Assembly: GCA_951406725.2 (NCBI GenBank)
Contig: OX597838.1
Coordinates: 28,954,001-29,018,000 of the forward strand
Length of the DNA: 64,000 bases
Source: Octopus vulgaris
Lineage: Eukaryota
Direction of reading: 5' to 3'
The notes beneath the pieces are model-generated. The model did not search any database, was not told the origin of the DNA, and saw only the letters and a program-made list of their open reading frames with translations. The position numbers were made by a program, and so were the translations under genes. Below, in pieces: positions 13,520-29,323 of this stretch (position 1 is the first letter of the stretch; each line of letters begins with the position of its first letter).

Positions 13520-14518
13520 TAATCGTATATATTTGTATAAATTTATGTATATATATTATACTGTTTACATATATATATTGTATGATATATATATATAAAT
13601 ATATATATTATACTGTTTACATATGATATATATTATATAATATATATATATATACATATATATACACATAAAAATATATACTTACATATATACAGGTATA
13701 TGTATAGATATAAAAAATACATATATACTTACATATTTTATATTATATGTATAAATAGTATGCGTACATATATTTATATACACACACATGTACAAATATG
13801 TGTGTGTGTGTGTTTATCTATATGTATATATGTATAAATGTTATGGATTGACATAAATAGCAAGATCGACAAATAAATAGTGAAACAAACAAATAAATAC
13901 AGATTATGAGATATTGCTATGTACTAAAAGCATAGATCTTGACGTACATCAATGTATTCCAAGATTCATTGCTTCATACAGAATGACGGTTAACTTATAT
14001 TCCACGCACGCGCACAGTGGCACTCAAACGCGCGCGCACGCATAAATGGAGGCGCTTAGATATTTGCTCACATCATACGTGTGTACGCTTGTGTATGCGT
14101 AGTTGCATGCATGCATGCATGTGCACGCGGCTTCACACGTCCATTTATACATAGGTATGTATATGTACTTATGTGTATACGTACGTGTGTGTGTGTGCGT
14201 GTGCGTATGCAAAGGTGTTCCTGTAGGTGTACACATGTGTGCATACACCCATACACACGCATATACATATATAAGTTCTGCACGCACACACTCACACACA
14301 CACATATACACACATGGTCATATCCACGCATGCATATATATGGTATACATGTGTGTGTGTATATATATATATATACACATATATATATATGTATACATAT
14401 TTATACATACATATATATATATATATAAATACATACTTATATATATATTCACACCTGCACACATGTACACACATTGTGTGTAGACGTGTATATATATATA
14501 TCCCATTTTGTATTTTAT

Positions 14519-14610
<92 letters not shown>

Positions 14611-15153
14611 CACAGGTGTTCGCATATAGGTACTTACACAGCCAATATTGGGAAAAGCATAACGATATAGAAATTTTGAAAGAATAGATTCTTGCACATG
14701 CGCTTATCTGTACACACAACACACACACACACACACACATCCTTACCCCTACACCCACATGCATATATACACCTGTGCATACACACACACATACACATTC
14801 ATATATTACCATATACACAAAGTTTATATTTGGTTATGTAACCGTGAGTGTCTGTATGTCTGTGCGCGCGTGTGTGTGTGCATGTGTGCGTGTGTGCATG
14901 TGTGTGTGTGCATGTGTGTGTGCGTGTGTGTGTGTGTGTGCTATTGTTCCATGAATCTCGTTTTAAGAATTCTTCGTTCGCAAATGCTGTCAATGAACGG
15001 AAATTCTTCAAGAAACAGAATTGCTACGAATTTACCCTGCGTACAATTGGCTATGGTAGCGCCACCTGTGTGTCGTCTTGAACAATGTAACATTCTTTAT
15101 AAAATAAATGGAAATGGTACTTAATTCTGATTGGTTGGCATTGCTGCTGCTGC

Positions 15154-15184
<31 letters not shown>

Positions 15185-15467
15185 GCTGCTGTTGTTGTTG
15201 TAGCTGTTGTTATGTTTCTCGCTGTTATTTAACCCCAGGATAATCATGATCGTATTTGCTCACTGATGCTCAAAAGCTTTCCAAATGTGACTACTCCGTC
15301 TTTTAGTTACTACACTATCCAAAGTGTCCTCCTTCGTTTCAGCCGCAAATGGCGGTGGCAATATGAGACATCTCTGACCACTACTTAGAACAGGTGAAGC
15401 GACCTCGTGGAGGAATGCTACCCAACTTTCTCAGTACCAAAAGTACCCATTTATATAAAGGAATCTT

Positions 15468-15955
<488 letters not shown>

Positions 15956-16321
15956 GAATAATAAAAGAATTTAAAAGAATAATATTCTTGGTAAATTCAG
16001 AACCCAGACTGAATACCACGGAATACTGGTGGTATTTTCCAGCCCCCACCCCCAGGGAAACCGGGTCTGCTAGTTATTCTGAATGGTTACAAATAATGAG
16101 GATTTTTAAACAAATGTAATTATCAATCAAATTATTGCACGCTTACCTCTTAGTTTTCTTCTCTCTACTTCGGCATGTACGATAAAGACAATACTTCGCT
16201 GATGAGGTCAAAATCAGGTTGAAACATCTCGGAGTTGACTCCAATATAAGTCACAAAAGCTAAAAAAAAAAAAAATATTAATCATTGACTAATATTGCTT
16301 TCTCCTCATTAATTATCATCT

Positions 16322-16520
16322 ATCCTTTACCTGTTTCAGTCGTCGGACTGCGGCCATGCTGGAACACCGTCTTGAAGGGTTCAGTCGAACGAATCGATCC
16401 CAGGACTTATTTTTTTAAAGCCTGGTGCTTATTCTATCGGGTTCTCTTGCCGAACAAGTAATCTACAGGGATGCAAACAAACCAATACCGGCTGTGAAGT
16501 GGTAAAGACGGGCACAAAGA
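16322..16520 (-). mobile_element. SINE family A, 3' half
   Basis: TTTCAGTC..GACTGCGGCCATGCTGG tail on the reverse strand. Confidence 0.8.
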
Positions 16521-16580
16521 CAAAGACATAGATACATATATACACCCGCCGTCGCACACACACATTCACTCACAAATATA

Positions 16581-17085
16581 TAAGCTTGTCCTATTAATAT
16601 ATAAATATCTATATATTTATACTTAAATGTTCATCATCTGAAGACAGATGCTCGATTTATCTAATGCTTACTTGCTTCCATTACTGGCTGCATATTTTTG
16701 TTGAATTACATCTACCAAGAATATATGGATATCTGAGTCCCCTAGAAACAGCTGTCGGACTTGCAACACCTTACTTCTTCCCCTTTAAATTTCTTCTGTT
16801 GTTTGTACTCTGTAAGCTTGCCCTATTAATATATAAATTTCTATATATTTATACTTCAATATTCATCATCTGAAGACAGATGCTCGATTTATCTAATGCT
16901 TACTTGCTTCCATTACTGGCTGAATATTTTTGTTGAACTACATCTGAGTCCCCTAGAAACAGCTGTCGGACTTGCAACACCTTACTTCTTCCCCCTTAAC
17001 TTTCTTCTGTTGTTTGTACTCTGTAAGCTTGTCCTATTAACATATAAATATCTATATACTTATACTTCAATATTCATCATCTGAA
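16581..17085 (+). repeat. Tandem repeat of about 2.3 units (232/211 bp), Penelope pLTR-like
   Basis: TAAGCTTG starts at 16581, 16813 and 17024; unit 2 has a 21-bp deletion. Confidence 0.9.
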
Positions 17086-17147
17086 AATCTTCAGTCTTTG
17101 CTTTCTTTCGGTTTTCATGTATACATGTATATATACATGTATATATA

Positions 17148-17345
17148 GTTAATCCAAACATGAAAGCACAAAAAAAAACACAACAACGCGAGGACGTGGA
17201 ACGAATATAGTATTATTGGACGCTCAGGAAAGAAGGAAGGTTTAACGTTTCAAGCGGAGCTCTTCGTCGGAAACATAGGAGAAGGAAAGATCCCGAGAAG
17301 GGAAGACAGAGGAAAAAAATCGCCAACGGTACACAAGCGGCCACA
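17148..17345 (-). mobile_element. Hammerhead-bearing Penelope-like short element
   Basis: GTTT-CCGACGA-A-GAGC-TCC-GCTT-GAAAC-GTT-AAAC at 17240-17274; homologous to 52497-52672. Confidence 0.7.
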
Positions 17346-17397
17346 TTGTATACACGTATATATATTTTGTATATATTTAAGTAATTGCAGAAAATAT

Positions 17398-17480
<83 letters not shown>

Positions 17481-18424
17481 TATATATACATACATATTTA
17501 TATATACTTATATATATATATACAAAATTCAAGCTGTTATATTTGATTTGTTTATCCGCATAATTGCTTCCATATCTGCTCGCCTGGATCCTCTTATTAG
17601 CAATCTTTAACCCTCGGAAGGACATCGGAAAAGGTAAAGGTAAAGCTAGCTTCTCGATTCATGCCGACTCGTAAGGGCCGGTTTCCCTGTTTCCATGGCA
17701 TGTACATTCCCCACCTGGACAGAACGCTAGTCTGTCTAACCCTCTCTCTCTCCCTCCTCTATCTATCAGTTCACCAGTCCTCATTTACCCGTTTCATTTT
17801 ATACCAATATCCCTCTCATCTCTAAATACAAATACGATATCAATCATTACACATCGTTCCCCCCTTCTCACTGCACACCTCTTTACTCTTTCTTTCACCT
17901 CTCCCCGCCACCCCATCATATCCTTATAATTATATTTCATAGCCACCTGATTAATACACGCCCCCTCTGCCTTATCTTCTAACCCTTGCTAAACATCCTG
18001 CATTCCCCCCACCACCTGTTTCTCATTATATCCTTCTTCCTCTTCACTCTGACTATCACCTTCTCTCCTTCCCCTCTCTCTCTTTCTGTCTGTTTTTGTC
18101 TTTGTCTCTCTATGTCATTTCATTAATTCTATATCAAAGACACACCCACCCCACAACCTACGTCATCCTATTCTACTAAGCCACGCCTACCAATTCTTTC
18201 CTAATTCATTTTTTCTGCAATTACTTAAATTTGTGTCAGTGTGTATGGGTATGTGTGTGTTTGTGTATGTGTGTGTATATATGTATATAGGTATAAATAT
18301 ATATATGCATATATATATATATTTATGTGTGTGCATATATATATATATATGAACATGTATGTATATATATATTAGCACGTATATATACATGCATATCTTT
18401 TCTCACTCTCTCTCTGTATATATT

Positions 18425-18465
<41 letters not shown>

Positions 18466-18472
18466 TTTATAT

Positions 18473-18554
<82 letters not shown>

Positions 18555-18588
18555 CATGTATATATACATGCATCTCTCTCTCTCTCTG

Positions 18589-18614
<26 letters not shown>

Positions 18615-18628
<14 letters not shown>

Positions 18629-18842
18629 CGTGTCGGTGCTTGTCCTCCACCACTGCTTGACAACCGGTATTTCCATCCCCGTAACTTAGCGCTTGGGCTA
18701 AAGAAACCGATACAATAAATACCAGACTTGAAACAAGAAATAAGCTTTGGGGATGACTCATACGACAAAAAGCAAATTCTTCAAGACAGAGCCCCAGCAT
18801 GGCCGCCGTCTAGTGATTGAAACAAGTAGAAGGTAAAAGATC
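18615..18842 (+). mobile_element. SINE family A, diverged 3' half
   Basis: TTGACAACCG..CCCCGTAACTTAGCG..CAGCATGGCCG. Confidence 0.8.
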
Positions 18843-18962
18843 ACACAATTACTTGACTACGAAGACAAGATCACCAACAGAGCGAAGGTCAGAGATATAC
18901 AATCTCTGCCAACATCTAAATATGTTCTGTTTGCTGGTGAAGCTATTGTCTATGATAAAAGG

Positions 18963-19195
18963 TTAAAAAAGACTCCTTCGGTCGTGAATGACCATGGGAT
19001 TGCACCTAGAGAGTTCTCCTCCATGGTACAAGTACGGACAAGGTTGTTTAGGGAAACCAGCAGTCGCCCATGCATACCAGCCTCTTCTCTCCTTGCCATC
19101 GATGTTATTCAAAGGTAAGGCAAAGGGGCCGAAACAGCTTCGCATCAGTGATGTCACAAACCATTTCTACAGCTGAGTGAACTGGAACAACGTGG
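18963..19195 (-). mobile_element. SINE family C, 3' part
   Basis: Homologous to 22217-22450. Confidence 0.8.
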
Positions 19196-19264
19196 AGTAC
19201 GTGTTGTGTGTTTATGCATGTGTGCTGAGAATCCTGTGTATGTGAGTGAGTGTGCGCTATATAA

Positions 19265-19495
19265 GGCGGCGAGCTGGCAGAAACGTTAGCACGCCGGGCG
19301 AAATGCTCAGTGGTATTTCGCCTGCCGCTACGTTCTGAGTTCAAATTCCGCCGAGTACGACTTTGCCTTTCATACTTTCGAGGTCGATTAAATAAGTACC
19401 AGTTACGCACTGGGGTCGATGTAATCGACTTAATACCTCTGTCTGTCCTTGTTTGTCCCCTCTGTTTAGCCCCTTGTGGGTAGTAAAGAAATAGC
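19265..19495 (+). mobile_element. SINE family B, full monomer
   Basis: GGCGGCGAGCTGGCAGAA...GTAGTAAAGAAATAG. Confidence 0.92.
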
Positions 19496-20071
19496 TATGT
19501 TCTATGTGCCATGTGCTATGTGTGTGTTTGTGCTGTGTGCATGCGTACGTGTGTGAGTATGTGCAAGTGTGTATATGTGTGCTGTATATGTGTGTGTGTT
19601 TGCAATACGTGTGTGGTTTGTGTGTATTTTATGCATGTCTGCTGTGTGTGTGTGTCTGTATCTCTGTGGATGTGTATGTGTATCTGTGTCCGTGCGTATG
19701 TGCATGTGTGTAAATGTGTGTCTATATGTGTGTGTCTGTATCTGTCTGTATCTGTGTGTATGTGTATGTGTTTGTATGTGTGTGTGTCTGTATGTTTATA
19801 TGTGTGTGTGTCTGCATCTATGTGTATGTGTGTGTGTGTGTATGTATGTGTGTGTCTGTATCTGTGCGTATATGTATGTGTGTGTAAGTGTGTGAGTGTG
19901 TATCTGTATCTGTCTGTATCTGTGTGTATGTGATTGTGTGTGTGTATGTGTGTGTGTTTCTGTATCTGTGTGTATGTGTATGTGTGTGTGTCTCTATGTG
20001 TGTATATGTGTGTGTATATGTGTGTGTATGTATCTGTCTGTATCTGTGTGTATATGTGTGTGTCTCTATGT

Positions 20072-20103
<32 letters not shown>

Positions 20104-20820
20104 TAGTATCTGTCTGTATGTGTGTATAAACGTGTGTATATGTGTGTGTGTGTCTGTAGCTGTCCATATCTGTGTGTATGTGTATGTATGTGTGTATATG
20201 CTTGTGTGTGTATATGTGTGTGTCTGTGTGTGTGTGTATGTGTGTGTATATGTGTGTGTCTCTGTGTGTGTGTGTATGTGTGTGTATGTGATGTTGAATT
20301 GTCAAGATGTTGATGTTAATTTAATAATATTGAGAGTGATGTTTATGTCTCTCTCTCTCTTTCTCTCACACGCACACACACACGCACACACACATGCACA
20401 CACACACGCACACACACGCACACACACACACAAGCACTCACACACCTCACGCGCATACAAGCACACACGCATAGTTATATATGACAAACATCAGTTCATT
20501 ACTCTGTATTTCCGGGATGTGTTCGTGAGTGTGTGTACGTGCGAGTGTGTGCGTGTGAGTGTGTAGGTGTGTGTGTGCGTGTGTGTATGTGTGAGTGTGT
20601 GCATGTGTGTGAGCATGCGCGTGTGTGTGTGGGAGTATAGCTCTTGTCTTTTGCTCTGTAAAAGACAAATACGAAAACGGAAAAAGAAATAAAAATATAT
20701 CGAAAGCAACAAATAAAACGAAAGGATTCGGAAACAAGAATCTGTCTCCTAGCAACCATCAAGAAACACCTAGGATATAATTCACGCATCAATGTTACAT
20801 ACATACATACATACATACAC

Positions 20821-20873
<53 letters not shown>

Positions 20874-20962
20874 TATGTATGTATGTATAAATATGCATAT
20901 ATATATATATTTATAATGTATATATAAAAATATATCTTTACACATATCTACGTACATATGCA

Positions 20963-21104
<142 letters not shown>

Positions 21105-21156
21105 GCTATTTATCTATCTGTCTGTCTGTCTATCTATCTGTCTGTCTGTCTGTTTG

Positions 21157-21221
<65 letters not shown>

Positions 21222-22216
21222 ATATCTATCTATCAATCCATCTCTCTCACTCTCTCTATCAATCTATCTATCTATATATATGCATATACATATGTATAAA
21301 TATTTGTATATATGTGTATACATATATTGATATCGTATATTAAATATACATACATATGTATGCATATATATATATGTGTATGTGTGTGTCTGTTGGTGTA
21401 CACACAGATACATTTATTGATGAAGTACGCACATTTGATGCTCTCTCTCTCTCTCTTTCCCTCTCTCTCGATGGCCCGTCATTTACTATACGGTCACATA
21501 GCAATTGTTCTTTTCCCAGCTTCTTCTGGTTTTTCTTTTAGGAATAATAATAATACGAGCGTTTTCGTACTTTAACAATTTCTTATTTATTCATTGTAAA
21601 TTAAAATTAGTTATTCTCGTTTGATACAGTAATAACCTTAGAAAAGCTGTTAGCTGTCAATCAAATCAGCTTACTCCTGCTTTTAACCGCTTGATTTTAA
21701 ATTTACAGGAAATGATTTATAGTTTGAAGTATAGGTTCTGCTTCAATTAATCTCAAACTATGGAGGCTTTTTTCTCTATTTTTCTCTCTCCTTATATGCG
21801 TTGGTATGGCTGTATGGTTAAGAAGCTCCTTTCACAACCACGTGGTCTCCGGTTCCATTCCACTGCACGGTATGTTGGCGTGACTGTTTTCTACCATAGC
21901 ACCGGACCGACAAAATGCTCTGTGACCGAAAAACATATCAGAGTGACAAAGAAACGAAGAATGTGCTAAATGCAACAGTTAACTCGCCCATAAAATTTTT
22001 TTTGCAGAATCTTATGAATTTCCGTGTGCAGAACACAAGTTCGCAAAAATCTTTTGAAAATTCCCATGAGGTGTTTAACCCCGTATAACCCCTCAGAGGT
22101 TGTGCATAAGAATAAAGAAATGAACACATCGCACTGCTAACACAGAATTGACTTATAAAGGACACATAATTGACTTATAAAGGACACATAATTGACTTAG
22201 AAACCTTAAATAGATA

Positions 22217-22560
22217 GGTAAAGGTAAAGGCACCCTTCGGCCGTGAATGACCATGGGATTGCCCCTAGAAAGTTCCCCTCCGAGGCACAAGTCTGGGAAA
22301 GGTTGTTTATGGAGGACCAGTAGTTGCCCACGCATACCAGCCTCCCTTCTCCATGCCACTAATGTTATCCAAAGGAAAGGCAAAGACTGATACAGCTTGG
22401 TACCTGTGACATCACAACTCATTTCTACAGCTGAGTGAACTGGAAGCAACATAAATAAAGTGTTTTGCTCAAGAATACAGCAAACAGGCCGGTCTGAGAA
22501 TCGAACTCAGTACCTCGTGATTGTAAGCCCGACGCTCTCACCACTGAGCCACGCGTCTTC
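22217..22560 (-). mobile_element. SINE family C, full copy
   Basis: tRNA-like head TGGCTCAGTGG..GAGTTCGATTC, CORE-like CTTGAGCAAAACACTT, (TTTACC)n tail. Confidence 0.88.
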
Positions 22561-22976
22561 GCAAAAGCTATCGTCTGCGTCGGTCCGCGATATATACTTG
22601 GTAGTATGTCATGGTTACAAGACGAAACACGGAGTCCCCACCAACAGTTAATAGCTTGTATCAGGCTCTGAGATGTTTTCTCTGTCGCTCTGGTTGGGTG
22701 GTCATAGCGGGTTAGTTATCTTTGATATTCAATCGTTTTTCGTTTTTTTTTTCCTTTCTTGTCCTTTCTCTCTTTCGAGTCGGAAGGCTGAAGGTTTCAA
22801 GGAATGGCTTTCTGGACATGAATCTTTTGAGCAGCAGCAGAAGCAGCAGAAGCAGCAGCAGTAGTAGTAGTGAAGGCGCGTGGTTTCGTGCTTAGAGTTT
22901 TCGGCTCACGGACATAACGTCGTGGGTTCAATTCCTGTCGTAGTTCTTCTTCTTCTTCTTCTTCTTCTTCTTCTTC

Positions 22977-23369
22977 TTGAAGATCCACCCACCACACGTA
23001 ATAGACTGGCGGTTGCACGGGCGCGAAAGCTACGTTGTTATCCTCATTCCGTAAAAGGTGGATTTTAACGGGTGGAGAGCTGAACCATCCTGGGGCACAG
23101 AGGGTTCACAATCTAGACTAGCGTCTGAAAGTTTACCACACCATAGTGGGTTGCACCATGGTTCCTCTGCTTTGTGGCAGAAGTAGGAGGAAAGATTGAG
23201 AGAAAGTTGTGGTCAAAGAGTACAGCGGGGTTCACCCCCACCCGCCGGAGCCTCGTGGAGCTTAGGTGTTTTTGCTCAATAAACACTCACAATGCTCGGT
23301 CTGGGAATCGAAACTGCGTTCTTAAGACATCGAGTCCGGTGCCCTAACCACTGGGCCATTACGCCTCCA
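22977..23369 (-). mobile_element. SINE family D2 (D head, alternative 3' half, (GAA)n tail)
   Basis: Homologous along its length to 37557-37955. Confidence 0.88.
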
Positions 23370-23573
23370 GGCTGGTTGCGGTTGGCTAGACTGGGTGTTT
23401 AAGTTGAATTTGATTACTGATCACGGTGTATACAACTTTGAGCGTGTATAAACGGTGAGCGTGTATAAAAAGGCAGTCGTTTACGTCTGCCCTGAGTGTT
23501 TAATGACGTTAAACTCATTTAAGCACGCAGGTGTTGGCTACAATCTATAGGTTTATTCTATATTTATTCAAGT

Positions 23574-23648
<75 letters not shown>

Positions 23649-23738
23649 CAAACTAACACTGCTAATGCGTCAGCAATTTGTATTTAATTTCCGATTTCCC
23701 CAAAGTCGAGTTTTAACTGATGCGTACATCCATATATT

Positions 23739-23902
<164 letters not shown>

Positions 23903-23936
23903 TCCCTCCCTCCCTCCCTCCCTCCCTCCCTCCCTC

Positions 23937-24065
<129 letters not shown>

Positions 24066-24465
24066 GCATACATATACACATATCAATACATACATACTTA
24101 CATACATACATGCATATGCGCACACATGCATACATATATACTTACATGCATACATGCAAACACACACACAAACACACAAGTATGCATAGTGGTGTATTTG
24201 AGTCGCTTCACAGAACTATACGTGATTGTCCTCAGGCAGCAGGAGGTGACCTGAGTATTGCCTGCAAAAAATTATTAACGCGCTCCAACCGGGAGTATTG
24301 AGTGCTTTCTTTTGTTTGATTGCATTGCGCACCAGTATGATACTACCAATCCAATGTATATATACGTACTCTTATGTATGTATGTATGTATGTATGTATG
24401 TATGTATGTATGTATGTATGTATGTATGTATGTATGTATGTATGTATGTATGTATGCATGCATGC

Positions 24466-24498
<33 letters not shown>

Positions 24499-24564
24499 TG
24501 TATGTATGTATGTATGTATGTATGTATGTATGTGTGTGTGTATGTATGTATATACATATATATG

Positions 24565-24616
<52 letters not shown>

Positions 24617-24696
24617 CATAAATGTCTATACATATATATGTCCATATATATATATATATATGTATACTCAAACGCGTATATATGTACATAATAATT

Positions 24697-24757
<61 letters not shown>

Positions 24758-24856
24758 CATTATTATTATTATTAAATGTACCTACGTAAATATTTGTAAA
24801 AATGCATATGTATGAATACATAATTACCTATATGTATATATGTAGGTATACATCTC

Positions 24857-24921
<65 letters not shown>

Positions 24922-24946
24922 TATATGTGTATATATATATGCATGC

Positions 24947-24982
<36 letters not shown>

Positions 24983-25002
24983 ATGTATATATATATGTAT
25001 AC

Positions 25003-25057
<55 letters not shown>

Positions 25058-25477
25058 CGTATGTGTGTATGTGTGTGTGTGTGTGTGTGTATGTGTGTAT
25101 GTGTGCATGTGTGAGTATATACGCACCAATAAACACACCAGGAGCAAATGGCAACTGAAGAACAAGAATGTTAACAAGGGTTCCTGTAGCTGTAAAGAAG
25201 CGAGCAGCCAAACCGAATTAGGAGAGACAATTAACAACAACAACAACAAGATCACAACCATCGTAGCAGCAGCAGTAGCCGCAGCAGCAGCAAGACAGCA
25301 AAAGCTACAATCACAGCAACAACCACAACAACGCCTACAGCAGCAGCTGGAATGCAAAATAAATGAGTGAATTAATGAATAAACAGACAAACAAACAAAC
25401 AAATGAAGAATAAAAGAAACAAGTACATGAGTAAAAAAATGGACGACAACCTAAAAAAAGAAATCAGCAACAGTGAG

Positions 25478-26190
25478 ACCATCATCATCATCACTACCAC
25501 CACCACCACCACCACCACCACCACCACCATCCTCCTCCTCCTCCTACTCACCATCATCACCACCACCATCACCACCACCACCACCACCATCACCACCACC
25601 ACCACCACCACCACCATCACCACCACCACCATCACCACCACCACCATCATCACCACCACCACCACCACCACCACCACCATCATCACCACCACCATCACCA
25701 CCACCACCACCATCACCACCACCACACCACCACCACCACCATCACCACCACCACCACCACCACCACCACCACCATCACCACCACCATCACCACCACCACC
25801 ATCACCACCTCCATCACCACCACCACCATCACCATCACCACCACCACCACCACCACCATCACCACCACCACCACCACCACCACCACCACCACCACCACAC
25901 CACCACCACCATCATCACCACCACCATCACCACCACCACCATCACCACCACCACCATCACCACCACCACCATCATCACCACCACCATCATCACCACCACC
26001 ACCATCACCACCACCACCACCATCACCACCACCACCAACCTCCTCCTCCTCCTCCTCACCATCATCACCACCACCACCACCACCATCCTCCTCCTCCTCC
26101 TCACCATCATCACCACCACCACCACCACCATCCTCCTCCTCCTCCTCACCATCATCACCACCACCACCACCACCATCCTCCTCCTCCTCC

Positions 26191-26254
<64 letters not shown>

Positions 26255-26332
26255 GATCATCATCATCAGCATCATCATCATCATCATCATCAGCATCATC
26301 ATCTTGATTATCATCGTCATCGTCATCATGAT

Positions 26333-26378
<46 letters not shown>

Positions 26379-26420
26379 AGCAGCAACAACAGCAATAACA
26401 ATACTAACAACAACAACAAC
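25478..26420. repeat. (ACC)n/(ATC)n/(CAG)n trinucleotide array
   Basis: Source of the poly-T/P/H/Q ORFs. Confidence 0.93.
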
Positions 26421-26549
26421 TGCAGGACAAAAAGTAAGGACAAAAATCCATTAAAATTGAGTAAAAACAAGGAAAAATACGTATAAAAACGTATTAATAA
26501 TGAAAACTGAAGCGGGATTAGAGCCTAGATAAAACCGATTTCCAAGGGG

Positions 26550-27010
26550 TTCCTCGACGTGGAAACATGATATGCTAGAAACAGTTGCTAAAATTCCCTC
26601 AAACCACGTAAATGCTACAAATGATGCAAGATACACTGGATTATATGAGATTATATATATAAAAAGCTTGGATGGTCACCGCTGGAATACCTTTGATTAT
26701 AGGACTGACCTGGGGCTAAAGAACAGGAACTTGTAAAAAAAGGGTCTCTACGTGGCTACGTGGCCTTTTGAATTGCTAGAAGTAGCAACCAAATGCTTTA
26801 AAAATAGGAAGCATTTAAAAGAGAGCAATCCTAGATATAGACTTGATGGTCATGGCTGAAATGCCTTTACTCATAGGGGTTACTCGATCGGAGTTAGGCC
26901 ATGCGCTAATCTACTACATGGCTTCATTTTAATTTTTTTTAGCTGTTAGAAATAACAGCCAGTTTGCTATGTCTACTTCGTATCGGAAGGACACTTTAAT
27001 GTAATTTTAG
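26550..27010 (+). mobile_element. Cluster of old dispersed repeat E (TGCTAGAAA(C/T)AGCAGCCAAAT motif)
   Basis: Three degenerate copies here; related copies near 36915, 43560 (-), 57150 (-), 58130 and 59970. Confidence 0.55.
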
Positions 27011-27066
27011 AATATTAAATTATATATTTTGAATACAAGAGCCAGCAGCTAAAGCAGCCACAACCC

Positions 27067-27125
<59 letters not shown>

Positions 27126-27207
27126 GCTGCTACTGCTGCTGCTTCTACTACTACTACTGCTGCTACTGCTACTGCTGCTGCTACTACTACTACTACTACT
27201 GCTACTG

Positions 27208-27259
<52 letters not shown>

Positions 27260-28670
27260 CATCACCACCACAACAACCACCACCAGCACTAAACCTCTCA
27301 CCACCGCCTTCCACCGTAGTTTCCCATCGCCGTCTTCGCCCACCTCTCATCATCACTCTCACTGCAACCAACACCAACACCAATATCTCTACTACCACCA
27401 CCACCACCGCTAACGCCTCTCACCACCGCCTTCGATCCCCGCTTTTCACCGCCGCCTTCCGCCACCTTCCACCGCCTTCCGCCACCTTCCACCGCCTTCC
27501 GCCACCTTCCGCCACCTTCCGCCGCCTTCCGCCACCTTCCGCTGCCTTCCCCCACCTTCCGCCGCCTTCCGCCGCCTTCCACCACCTTCCGCCGCCTTCT
27601 GCCACCACCACCACAATCACCAATACCAACACCAACATCACCACCACCGCTACCACCACTACCACCACTACCACCACTACCACCAAAACCACCACCACCA
27701 CCACCACAACAACAAGAACAAGAACAAGAACAACAACAACAACAACAACAACAGCAACAGCAACCACCATCATTCCTCCAGCGCCACCATCTCGGCCACA
27801 ACAACAACAACCTCTATAGAAAAATAACATTAACAAAAATAATAATAATAATAATAATAAAATAAAACCCAAAACAATATGAAACATAAACAAACGTATG
27901 TGAATTGGGTTTTTAGCCGGAGAGAAACTGCATTCTTGTATAGCTTAGACGACATCTTGTAATGGCGGATAGCTGAATTGAAAGAGTGAATACATAAAAA
28001 TCCGCCAGCCAGCAAGACACACAACCATTGCAAGTATGCTTAGCATACATTTCACACAAGTTTGATACCAACTTCAAATACGTTTCATAATAAAGTAGAC
28101 ACATGTTTAGCGCACAAATATATAAATATAAAAGTTTAAAAATAACTCTTATGGAACTAGTTGCATTTGCATATTTTAAAGAAAATTTTCGATGAAGAAA
28201 TTTCGGGAGAAGAAATGAAACGTTGCGAAAAGCACCAAGATTTGAAAGAGTCGGTTTCTTTTGCATGTCATGTGAATATATCCGCTCTACCAATCGTACA
28301 TACGTACATACATACATGCATGCATACGTACATACATACATACATACATACATACATACATACATACATACATACATACATACATACACACACATACATA
28401 CACATAAATATACATGCATACATACATACATATATATAAGCATACATACATACATGTATATATGTATATGAATGTATATATAAACATGTACACACACACA
28501 CACACACATACATATATATACACGTATACAGAGACAAATATACATATTTACATACGTATACATAGATAATTATACATATATACATACATACGTACATATA
28601 CACGCACACACACACATATATATATGTGTGTGTGTGTATATATATATATGTATTTCTATATATATATGTG

Positions 28671-28755
<85 letters not shown>

Positions 28756-28860
28756 TATATATTTAGAAAATATATGAACATATATATTATATTTTATTAT
28801 ATTATATATGTATATATATATATGTGTGTCTATATATGTTTATATATATGTATGTATCTG

Positions 28861-28915
<55 letters not shown>

Positions 28916-28926
28916 CTCTCTCTCTC

Positions 28927-29014
<88 letters not shown>

Positions 29015-29291
29015 CCTATCTATATATATATATTCGGATTACGTGCAGGCTATGCACAGATTATTACTCTGTGTATTGACTAATGTCGAACGAGCATCGG
29101 AATGTGAAGGTCAGCGTACGTTTGACAAAACAAACATCACCGATGTCCATAGAAGGAAAAATGAAAAAAAAAGGAAAAACAAAAACAAAAATATTACATC
29201 TGTCAGGTTTTGATGGCGTATTTGTCAAATTTCTTCCTAACGTAAACCAGGAATCAGATGAGGTTGCACGCGCATATGTGTATGTGCGCGC

Positions 29292-29323
<32 letters not shown>

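Noticed and set aside
16195-16235. CTGATGA..GAAAC hammerhead candidate
   Set aside because: Stems I and II do not pair convincingly.
22146-22199. 22-bp tandem repeat AATTGACTTATAAAGGACACAT
   Set aside because: Simple local duplication of about 2.4 copies with no functional evidence.
22480-22560. tRNA genes at SINE heads (also 22872, 32230, 37560, 56014)
   Set aside because: A and B boxes present but no complete cloverleaf; most continue into SINE bodies.
25403-26398. 331-aa Thr/Pro/His/Gln-rich ORF
   Set aside because: Frame-shifting (ACC)n/(ATC)n array that is also open in other frames.
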